A stretch of DNA of 64,000 bases from Tubulanus polymorphus (GCF_964204645.1 NC_134032.1:3062175-3126174); one strand, 5' to 3'. Positions 11,947 through 28,170 are shown, counted from the stretch's first letter. The notes: a model not told the origin generated them from the letters alone. Program-made: numbers and translations.

Positions 11947-11968
11947 TATTTATAACATAAAAAAATTA

Positions 11969-11997
11969 CACTCATCACCACAAGTAATTTTTTTCCC
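11969..11997 (+). promoter_or_regulatory. Internal copy of the TIR-derived motif CACTCATCACCACAAGTAATTTTTTTCC in a divergent intergenic region
   Basis: Near-identical to sequence within both TIRs; lies 6 nt upstream of the ATG at 12004. The penton gene starts divergently at 11946. Confidence 0.75.
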
Positions 11998-12003
11998 TAA
12001 TTA

Positions 12004-13305
12004 ATGGACGAGAAGATAGCATGTGAAATTTGTGGTGAACTTCTAAGAAAAAGTAATATGGCTCGACATATGAAAAAACATAATGAAAATTATAAACCCC
12101 CTAAACTAAACTGTCCAAAATGTAATAAATTATTCTCAAGAAATTATGTTAAAAAACATTCAGAGAAGTGTAGAATTAATAACGCAACAGCTAATGTTGA
12201 TAGTAATTCTGCTGAAGTTGAACCTGAAGTTATTTGGAAAAGACCTTTTTTATTTTATGACAAGAATAATGTAAAGAATAATTTCTGCGAGCCTTGTAGA
12301 ATGAAATACATCCCTGATAATAAAGAAGATTGGGAGAATCATCAATTTCGTAAAGCACATATAGATAAAATTTCTAATAAATTTGAAACTGAATTCAATG
12401 AAAGAAAAAATAATTTATTAGAAAAAATAAAATATGAGAAAACGTTACCAGATAATGAAGAAACAGTTGAAAAGTTAGAAAAACAATATAATGAATTAAC
12501 AAGAAAAACATATTATTGTAAATATTGTAAATTGATTATTACAACAAGTAATTCAAATCTACATAATAGAACAATAAAACATAAAGAAAACGTAAGAAAA
12601 TACCAAGAGCTTAATGAAGATCTATTACCAATAAATTATAAACGAAAATGTCCACAATGTAGTTATGCGACCTTAAGACAAGAAGGTACTGTGTTATTTT
12701 GTGTTGATTGTGGATGGCAAAAGAATTTATGGGATGAAGAAAAAACTAGAAATTTTCTTATAGATCCAAAATTAAATTATCTTGATGAAATTTTTAAAAT
12801 ATGTTCTATAGAAGATCATACACCAGAATATATGCAATGGCTTGAAAAAATGAAAATAATAGAAAATAAAAATGGTGGAATAACTAAAAAAGATATTATA
12901 AAAACAATTATTCCACCAACATTTAACACAAAACAAAAGAAAATGTATTTATATTTATTATTTAACGATTATTATAAAAAACCTAAATTAACAGAAGAAG
13001 ATATGAAAAATATAAAAAAAATATTTAAACAAATATTAATGTATCATTTGGAAAATAGAATAACAGATTCAATAAATTATGAATTCTTTTTAAATAAGAT
13101 TGTAAATTATTTAAACCTAGATATTATAATTCCATTTGATGAATTAACAAACAAAAAGAAACAAAGAGAGCGAGATGAAATGTGGAACAAGATAGAACTT
13201 TATTCAAATGAGAAAAATGGAATGGAAGAAGAACCTGAACAATTAAATGAAAATGAAGAAGCTAATAGTGATTTCGAGTATGATGATATTGATTTTATGT
13301 TTTAA
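12004..13305 (+). CDS. Multi-zinc-finger protein with putative VLTF3 (poxvirus A2)-like late transcription factor domain
   Basis: N-terminal C2H2-type fingers (CEIC..HMKKH, CPKC, CEPC, CKYC..HNRTIKH). Zinc ribbon CPQC-x12-CVDCG is followed by a helical domain ending SINYEFFLNKIVNYLNLD..KKQRERDEMWNKI, resembling the VLTF3 C-terminus. The ORF is well supported; the VLTF3 call is by eye. Confidence 0.65.
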   Translation: MDEKIACEICGELLRKSNMARHMKKHNENYKPPKLNCPKCNKLFSRNYVKKHSEKCRINNATANVDSNSAEVEPEVIWKRPFLFYDKNNVKNNFCEPCRMKYIPDNKEDWENHQFRKAHIDKISNKFETEFNERKNNLLEKIKYEKTLPDNEETVEKLEKQYNELTRKTYYCKYCKLIITTSNSNLHNRTIKHKENVRKYQELNEDLLPINYKRKCPQCSYATLRQEGTVLFCVDCGWQKNLWDEEKTRNFLIDPKLNYLDEIFKICSIEDHTPEYMQWLEKMKIIENKNGGITKKDIIKTIIPPTFNTKQKKMYLYLLFNDYYKKPKLTEEDMKNIKKIFKQILMYHLENRITDSINYEFFLNKIVNYLNLDIIIPFDELTNKKKQRERDEMWNKIELYSNEKNGMEEEPEQLNENEEANSDFEYDDIDFMF

Positions 13306-16300
13306 TGGCCATAAGGTAATGTTTTTATACCATCATCTGAAATATGCCTTTTATTATCAAATGGATTTAAACTAGTTTTTTCAACTTCATTAATGTACAT
13401 CTCGTGATCTTCTGATCTTAAACAATTCATTTTGTGTTTCATTACAATTGAGTTATATAAACATTTTATATAATCTTGAAATTCTATATGTTTATCAACC
13501 ACATGTTTTGTTATTCCTTTTAACTTTTTAGCTTCATGATCTTTTGTTCTGTAACTATACATTTTACTTCTTATCCCAACAAATTCAATCATTTCATCAC
13601 CTCCTAATTCATCTTTAAACTTACCAGGAATCTTTTTATTATCATTACTAAACAATTCATGATCTTTGGGGTAATTGCTAAAGTCGAAATAATGTTTCAA
13701 TGTTTTTAAGTCTTTTGTTATATCATTTGTCTTGATTTTTAGTATGTAGGCGTCAGTATTTTTTTGGATTAATGGGAACCCAGAATTGAATGTTCCATCA
13801 TCTGTTGATAAATCATAAACATAGTCAGTTGGGTTATATATTTCAAATAAATCCTTAACTTCTTCTGTTAACTCATTTTCTACATGGCTTAAATTAAAAC
13901 AATTTGGTTTAGATTTATTCAATCCAATATTCATATTGAAGCCTAATGAATTACATAATATATTTAATCCTGATATAGCAACTTTTCCTTTTTGAGCTAA
14001 AGATATTGTTTTGCGGTTTTTGAAACTTTTAGTACCATCTGCTGCATAGAATCCAATGAAGAACCATTTTCTTAAATTATTTTTTGCATTTAATACATAA
14101 TCTGGTACTATCTTTTCTTTTGTTGAAGTATTACTTTTCACTATTGCATGAATATAGAATTCATCATTATATTCTATAGCAAAATCTTTAGGATTATTCA
14201 CAAGTATTCTATAAACTGCTGATGATTTCATAACATCTATGATTTTGAATGTTTTATTTGGATAAACTTCTTCACAGAATTTCTTAATTCTTTCTAATAA
14301 TTTTAAGTCTTGATTGCATAAATACCAACAATATTTAGTTCCACTAACATAATTATACACACCTGCTGAACCATCACCCATGAAAAATCCTTTGATAAAA
14401 TATTCTTTTTCTTCCAATGTTTCTCGTTCTATATTATAAATATTATCAATTATTTCATCAAATGACATATGATTCATTCTTGGGAAAAATCTTTTATGTA
14501 ATAATTCATCTCCAATTTTTATATCAGTTGGTTTTATTTCATCACCATTTCGTTTAATTAAACTATGATCTTCTGTAACATCTACAAATCCTAATTTAGT
14601 TCTAACTCTATAGATTTTCTTATTTGTTTTATGTCTAATAATATTATTTAATTTTTTCCATCCATTTCTTGTCCAAACATCCATTAATCCATTTATTTGT
14701 ATTAATTCTTTTTCACCATATGAAATATAACATTCATTTTGTTTTGGAATTATTTCTGAAATTCTTCTTACCAATATTTTATTATTACATTTTAATAATA
14801 TTGGGGTGTCAGCTGTTACAGAATCGAAGTATAGAATTTCTATGTGTTTTTCCCCAAAAAGTGGTTGTAATACATTATAATAGAATTCATACATTAATAA
14901 TTTTGATACTTCTAAAACGGTTGAACCTATGAAAATGGGTTTATTAAATTTCATTGATGTTCTTTTTAATTTTACCGCGGTCAAATAATCCTCAAATCTT
15001 TTATTTTGTAAATGTCTGGGGCTTGATTGTAAATGCCTTAATCTTTTATAATCATTTACTAACTCAATGTCGTTTCTATTACGAATATTCTCACAAGTTT
15101 TTCCATAAAAACTATTGTTCATTAATTTGAAGAAATCTTTTTCGAAATCAGTTTTTGATATGGTTCTCTGTTGAGTATTGAAATCTATATATTTTTCTAA
15201 CCACTTCGATTGATTAAATTCAATATATCTATGTACTTTCTTTAATTTCATTCCTTGTTTTAGATAAAATTTTAACATTCTATAATGAACAATATAATTA
15301 TATTTATTATTTTGAGTAAGTATTAATTTTTCTGTAAAAACATGATCTTTCGGTTTTATTTTCTTCTGGTATTCACTTAAATAACTATCATCTACAGTTA
15401 AATGTTCTGGGCAATAAGGTAAGTTTCTTGTTTTAAACTTTATATTTTCAGGGTATTCTAAATCAACTACAAAGAAATAACCAATTGGTGCTTCATCTTT
15501 TAAACTCGCAATTGCGTTTTCCCAATCAGTTTTATCATCATTTTCAACTTCTGTTAATATAAAATTTTTATATGGTTGAGGTTGCATCATTGCCCAACCA
15601 TATAAATTATTGGCATCAATATATAATAATTTATATTCATCATTTGCTTTAAAATACCTATCTCCCATAACACCACTAATTCCACCTCTAATTGATTTTT
15701 CAAATAATAAAACCATGTCTGGTTCTTTTAATAAATCTAATTCTACATTTGTATATTTTAAACCACATTGCCAGGTTAAACCAGGACTAGAGTAGCAATA
15801 ACAAGGATCAACATTAAAATGGTTTAGATTAACTTCTCTAAACTTTTCAAATATGTCAGCCAATATCATAACATCTGATTTTAAATATAAATCAACTAAT
15901 TCACCATGATTTTTCATCTTAAAATGGTTCCAAATATTTAATGTTCTATCAAAAACTTCGTCTTTCACATACTCCTCTTTTAATTTATCATAAAATTGAT
16001 CTTTTAATAATTACATTAAAATCATCATGTGTTTTATAAAATGAATAAGGAATTGCGCCTTTATATCTCAATAATTTAAAATCTTGGTCATTTGGATAAT
16101 AATATCGAGTTATAACAAAATCATTATCAACTAAACTTTTTGATAAATTATCTAATGAACTTGCTAGAAATCTATAAGAATCTAAAAATCTAATGCAACC
16201 AAATTGAAATGAAATATAATTTTCAGTTGTTTTAGCTAATAGTTTAAAATCATATTTTCTTACATTTGCTTCATTCATAGCATTATATTCTTCTATTTCT

Positions 16301-18363
16301 TGATTAATTGCGCCCAATTTTCCCGATAATTGTTTTATAAATAGATGGGTATCATATCCTGATAAATTATGAAATAATATTGGTACGAAATTTACTTTTT
16401 TAGCTTGTAAATTGCAATCTTCATGAGCAGCTCCACGATATTTTGAATTTAAATGATCATGATCTCTAACTCTTTTATCAAATGAATAAAAACGTTTTTC
16501 ACAATAACAACAATGAGTTGCATAATTAAAATCAATTTCATCTTCTTTTGTCATAACTATTCTTTTATTTTTGTTTAATAATTTTGCAAAATCACTTTCT
16601 AATTCAATAATTTTATCACAAAAATCATTAACTACATTTTCACCTCTAAAAGAAATATATTGACTTTCATATAATTCGGGATAATTTGATTTTATATAAA
16701 TTCCATAAGCAGCAGCTCTTTGATGAACTTTTTTAATTGTATTTATAATTGGTGGGTCTTGTATTGCGTCTTCATTTAATTCATTTCCTTTATCCATTGA
16801 TTTTAATAATTGCTTTTTGTTATATATTTCTTTTCTATCTTGATCAGTTAATTCTTTATTCAACGATTCAAAATCCCCATAAATTACAAATGGAACAATA
16901 TTTTTAAATTTATGATTAGTAAATTTCAATTTATAATCTTTTTCTGTTGGCATTATTAATTTACAAAAATCTTTATTATCACATAATTCTTTATGTTTTA
17001 GTAATGTATTCTCAGTTCTAAATTTAGATAAACATTTTCTACATAGATAAATTTTATGGCTGTTAAAATCACTTTCTGTTCTAAAGAATAAATCAATTTG
17101 TTTTAACCACATATAATGTTCATTTTCATCTTTTTTGTAATATAACAAATCTATAGCATTTTCATCATCATAATATTCTGTTAAATATAAAGCTTCCAAT
17201 GTATAATCTTTAATATTTTCACCTTTTGTCTTTGGTAATTGCATTAATTCGAATACATTTATTTTTAAATTATTAACTTTTTCTATTTTAGGAATCATTT
17301 TTATAGTTACTGGATATTGATCAATTTTATATAATGTTTCATATTTCCGGTAATCTGTTATTCTATAAACATGTTCTTCTGTTGGATGTAAGCAACTAAT
17401 AATTGACCATAGAAAACATTTATTATCTTCATTTTGAATATTTATTACTGCTTTTGTTATAAACGGTAATTTGATATAACTTGATGCTTTCATATCTTTT
17501 TCTGTTATAAAGTTTGAATCATTTTTAAACATTTTATTACTTTTTGATGTTTTATTTCTTTTTGTATTATAAACATTTAAATCTAAATATATAATTTCAT
17601 ACAATGTTAAGCCAGAACCCTCAAAATATCTTTCTTCAATATGACGTTTAAATTCATTTAATATTTTTTCTAACTTCTCTTTTATTTGTGTTTTTGAAAT
17701 TATTTCTTCAGAGTGTGTTTGAATATTATAATTCATTTTTTCTTCTGACTTTATAAAACTTACTTTCCCAGAGATACTAATTTTTGGATATTCAACATCT
17801 GTTATCAAATCTAGTAATTTTTCTATTATTTCATTAAATTTACTATAATCTTCTATTGTTGTACCTTTAAAGAATCTAAATATAATAGCTGCAGGACCAA
17901 TTTTACTATGTAATGTTTCTAAGATTTCAATTGTATCTTTGATTTCTAGTGAATCAATATAATTTCTAACATTTTCCATGTAAGGTTTATTTGAAATGGA
18001 TTTAGTTTTTGAAGTTGGTTTTTTTACTTTTTGAGTTTTATCGTCAAAATAATCTTTTCTTAAAACATTATTACTCAAATTTTGGTGGTGTTTTTGTGAT
18101 TCGAGATGTCTATTATAATTCCTTTTTACTATAAATTCATTACAAACTTCACATTTTATTTCATCCACATTCATATTTTCTAATCGTTCTTTTCTTTCAT
18201 TGGAATTTTCTGGAGTTTCAAAATCTATAACATTTTTTATATGATTTGAAGATTTTTCATGTTTAGATTTATTAGATTTATCGATGTATTTTTTACAATA
18301 TTGACAATAATATTGATTTTTATTGACATTATTGTTTTCTAGTTGGTGTTCATTCTCCCCCAT
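13302..18363 (-). pseudogene. polB: Protein-primed family B DNA polymerase (pPolB) with N-terminal Zn fingers, inserted endonuclease VII-like domain and an intein; one frameshift
   Basis: Exo I VIYGDFES, Exo II FHNLSGYDTH, RFLDSYRFL, Exo III YLKSDVMILADIFE, motif A YIDANNLYGWAM, motif B KLMNNSFYGKT, motif C YFD/TDA split by the intein, KIPGKFKDE, SKMYS, KLKGI. ORFs 15988-18363 and 13302-15968 are one gene: the downstream frame extends upstream as KDQFYDKLKEEYVKDEVF (the 15968 start is a GTG), placing the frameshift at ~16005-16015. Confidence 0.93.
13758..14822 (-). mobile_element. Intein (355 aa) with LAGLIDADG homing endonuclease in pPolB motif C
   Basis: Block A SVTADTPILL, block B VDVTEDHSL (TxxH), LAGLIDADG blocks FIKGFFMGDGS and FFIGFYAADGT, block F DYVYDLSTDDGTF, block G LIQKN followed by +1 Thr. 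Excision restores YFDTDA. Confidence 0.95.
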
Positions 18364-18368
18364 TTATT

Positions 18369-18448
18369 AGGAAAAAAAATTACTTGTGGTGATGAGTGGT
18401 GTCTCGTACTCTCGTACTCTGATCTGAAAACGCCATCTTCTAATTACT
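18369..18448 (-). repeat. Right terminal inverted repeat of the Polinton
   Basis: aggaaaaaaaattacttgtggtgatgagtggtgtctcgtactctcgtactctgatctgaaaacgccatcttctaattact mirrors 1865-1945. Confidence 0.95.
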
Positions 18449-21092
18449 TGTAAACATTATGCACGACTGATTCTTTTGGGATGACCACCGTCTCATTTCC
18501 TATAGGGTAGCTAGCTAGCCTTATCTATAAGAGCCAGGATGATGCATCGGAAATTAGACACTGATAACGAATATTTGAAAATCAGCTCACCTTGTCTGAA
18601 GCGTATAACCTGTTTTTGAAGCATATCTATCCAGGAAAGAAAGGGGATAAATTAAATTGATATAATTGAATTAACTGTTCGAAGCGATTATGAAATGCAA
18701 GATGTTATCTGGTTGACTTACCTGAACAAACCGATGAAGATCTGTTTTCGGTATTTTCAATTTGTTGTACAGGCATTTCTGTAAATTTACCACGAATAAG
18801 TGTCACCATAACTTAACTCATTAATGTTGAATCTAATTCGATTCTAATTTGATAATCAAATTTTTTTCATTTGTATTACTTCAGAAATGTGGAAATTGAG
18901 GTATTTGAGGTAATATGTTTTCAGCAAATTATATGGCATGTTGTTTTTGTCTGTGAATTTCTTTATTTCCCGAAAGCAATTAAGTGAAAGTAACACATGA
19001 AGACCTACCATCATGACATTTTAACAATTCCGATGGTTCAAGGGATTTTAATTCATCACAACCTACAAGAGATGAGATTTGTAAATTGTTAAGTCTCAAT
19101 GAATTCTGATAGCAACTCGTAGTGTCCGGAGTAGTTGTAACATTGAATTAAATACGTTCCTGTTTGATTGATGGATGATTAACACTTTGTTTTAAAAAGA
19201 GGGAGATTATCGATCGATATGATCTCGAAAAGTCGCTCGAAAATATAGAACAAAACAAGAATGGAATTTGATAAAAATGTAACACTACACTCAATTCAGA
19301 TATGATCAACTCGGATATCTTATCACATCTCAATTTGACGTCACTCAAGTTGGACACATGTCTACCACCACTTAAGGTCGGAACGTATAATCAACTACTA
19401 GAGAGCATTCTACTGTATTCTAAGTCATATAATGAACTCAAACACTCGAATCACTCTTGAGAATAACAAACATATCACCAGGGGAGGTGTGAAAGAGACC
19501 TCACTTATTTCACAAAGGCAAAATTGGTGTTATTTTTACACTCTAATACAGCTCGGAATAACGATATCTTAAACAATACATAGCATTAGTTGAATCACTG
19601 AGGGCAGTGTTTAAGTGGAGTCCATGGACAGGATCTTGTTCTAAATAGAAATAATACATTTCAAATAAAACATTTATTTTAATGATTATATTAGTAATAA
19701 CATTTTTTATTGTTAGATTTGTATAACAATTCAAGTCGCGGCATGTAATTCCATGCGATTATTGACTATGTAATTTCAGCATTTATTTCGACATAGAACA
19801 ACCCGGGGCTGATGTTATGGGCGGATTCATTTTGAAAAAGGGCCTTGCGAAAATTAAAGCAATAGGGTATGGGCGGCCATCCCCGCCAAACAGAAGTTTA
19901 GGTCATCACGTGAAGGATAAACTCAAAAATTGAAGTACAATGTAGTAACGTGGGGGATCAACTCAGCTACCTTCCCTTTGAGCCAAAATGTAATGTGATG
20001 GCCGATCCAGTACGAAGTAACATTTCAAAACATCTACTGTTAACGAAAAATTCCCCGAACTCTTGAGTCGGTATTCGATAAAACTAGAACAGAGAATAGG
20101 CGGAGTCTGTGCATTCTGAGCATACTTTTGCAATGAAATATAAACAAATAATTCGCAATCAAAATTCATGGATCCAGCAAACTACTTGTTATAAATGTTT
20201 ATAATAAGTAGCTTGAAAAATTCCACCCCTTTCATGTTTTTATTAAATGCTTACTCGGAGAGTTCTTCTGGGTGTCAATAATGAATTACCTTACCATTGA
20301 ATGTATAGACGTCGTTCGTTTCAAAAGTGTCATCGGAAGTACTTTTTTCATGGCGTATTGGACTTTTATTACCTGTAAAAATTTAAAATCAATCTCATGT
20401 TGAATATACAATCGATATAAAAATTATCTCGCCTCAGTTATTGCCGCCTAGTTGGATTGGATTTTGTCGTTGCGGTTTATTTTTCGACCTTAGTGTATTG
20501 CATTTTCTTAGAACCGAGATAAGAGTGAAAACGTGTATTTATTTACATTGCGAATCGTAACTAAAACGCTACATCTATAAAAGGCTACGCTGAGCCTGTT
20601 ATCCGCATTAGTCATGTTTGATTACTTGATAAACAGCAAGACATCATTGATTAACAAAATGATGTAATAATAGCCTTTACTTGGGAATTTGACGCCAACG
20701 TCGGATGGCAACGGCGGATCTTGGGAACGTTTGTGAAGCTGTCGTTTGGTGGCGCCCTCTCTTGTGAAGCGCCATCTTGAGTCTGTGTCGAATTAAAACC
20801 GGCTCGTCAAACCCGATCAAACACACTCAACGGCAGCCGCTCTACGATCCAGTACTCGCCCTTGTGCAGCGGTGACACTGACGGTATTTTATCGCCAATT
20901 TTAGGAATCAGTTAATCGCAGTGAATACAACTGAGTGAACTATTTGTTAGCAGTTTAATCGTGAATCCGAAGATCATTTTACAACGGAGGAGATTTCACC
21001 TCGGTCGTCGGTGAGGAGAGGAGATCACATCAATCAGTCATCAGTTATTTGTTTGGTTTGTTTTAAACTTGTGTTGGGGTTAAACTCGTAAC

Positions 21093-26477
<5,385 letters not shown>

Positions 26478-28170
26478 TGAAATGATGAACCACCTTAGGA
26501 TCCAAAATTTCAACAACAACGTTAATAAAAATGAAGAGACCATAAAATCAGTCACGCTACATGTCTGATAATAAGGGTTGTTATATCAGGAAATTCCGGA
26601 TTTATTTTACGTTCACCAGAGGGCGTTGAACAAGGTGTCCCTACGACTCCTCGAATCCTTGAAAACTTTCAAACCAATAACATTTTTGAAGGTCCTTGAA
26701 TATCCTTGAATTTGAGCAAAATGTCTAGAAAACTCGAAAACACGGCCAAAGGCCTTTGACACACACCATCTTTCGTCAGCTCATTATACTTAGTATGAAT
26801 GATACAAAGTGTGTGCTGAGATTCTGTTGAACCTCTTGAACAAAAGAATTGCGTATTATTTAATTAAGCTGGTTTGTACAGGAGTCTACCCATAATTTGG
26901 ATATGAAACTAATACATAAATTCCTCGAGATTTGAAATTCTATCCTTGAAAACTCGTTGATTTCTGGAATGGCTGATCTGTGCTGGGACCCTGTTGACTG
27001 AAATGGTATTATGGCTTTCTCTTTGTGTATTTAGTAAACAGTCAATTGTAATATCATTGCTGATGACAAGTTTTATGAGTTTTTTTTAACTGATTCATTA
27101 CTGTAGCTGTGCATCAAGGAGAGATGAATATTAAAATGATCAGATTGTCCAAGTATTTTCCCCAAGTGATCTTGTTATCCCTGGAACCCAAGTCAGTAGC
27201 CTTTCGATCGATGGCCAGCTTAAGTAACGACAGTCCTCATTCTAAGATGGAACAAAATTTGTTTAGCTCCGCTGTGACTGATGGGGTTAGGAAGATTGAT
27301 TATCTATCGCTGCCTGCAAGTTTTCAATTCACTTCTAGTGCTACAGTTCTTTTCCGATCATGACCAAACTTGGTATGAAGCTGATATGGGCTAAGCACCA
27401 GAGAGTTTTACATGTAGAGCCGGTTACCCAATTTGACCTTAAGGGCGCGCTGTTACAGGTGGCGCTTGTAAATTCTCTATATCGCTACAAGTCTTACTTA
27501 ACTTTGTACGTAGATGCTAGTTGAAAATTCAATTTATACAACTATGGTTCTCACAGAATAGGGAAATTCCGAGGGAAATATTGGGCAATTTGAGAAATTT
27601 TCCTCGAATCATGGAAGTATTTGGGAAATCCATTTACATTTCAGGTATTGCATTTGCTGTGGGAACTTTCTACAGCGATTTCCTTAGAAAATCACCTTTA
27701 TCAACCAGTAAAATGTTGACTGAAGCACGATGATATCTGTTCATTTCCTTTTGGAAAAATTGAAAAATCGCCCGTGAAAATCTTGGGAATTTTCAACTGA
27801 TTTAGGCTTGACTGTGGGAACCAAGCAACTAGACTACATTATATTGGACATATATCGATATCATATGTTCGCTGTGAGTTTTCAACGTCATTAGTTTCTG
27901 TACTGTTCACCAGGGGGCATTAAATATCGAAGTTTGTCAGATTGTTGAACATTTCGCAGCATTTCCCTCATGGGCAATGTGTCCCTGGACACCTACTTCA
28001 TAAGTAAAATGTGTTTGTAAATATACAGAAATCGCTACTATTTTAAATTGTATTGATACCAATGATGTTCGATGTGGGTAATTCGTGTCGAATCTAGATA
28101 AATGAAAAATTTCTATGATTAAAAGTTTTCTGATAAAATTTATGCAATGAAACAAAAAGCGAGTAATATT

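Larger units (their letters stand above)
1865..18448. mobile_element. Complete Polinton/Maverick-type endogenous DNA virus (~16.6 kb), mildly decayed
   Basis: Bounded by ~80-bp terminal inverted repeats starting AGTAATTAGAAGATGGCG. Intronless, gene-dense and AT-richer than the flanks. Encodes pPolB, rve integrase, A32-like ATPase, and major and minor capsid-like proteins. Confidence 0.96.

Noticed and set aside
6791-15795. Plus-strand ORFs 6791-7240, 7619-7840, 10390-10608, 14669-14932 and 15610-15795
   Set aside because: Antisense shadows of real minus-strand Polinton genes; they lack the start motif and recognisable domains.
15968-16020. pPolB as two genes or a programmed ribosomal frameshift
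   Set aside because: The break falls inside a conserved exonuclease-region segment that appears shortened, the second ORF begins at a GTG without the start motif, and the element has many other random lesions. A deletion is the simpler explanation.
18450-21090. Functional link between the Polinton and the adjacent caspase, and possible exon relics at 18470-18820
   Set aside because: Only proximity supports a link; no motif could be assigned with confidence to the intervening sequence.
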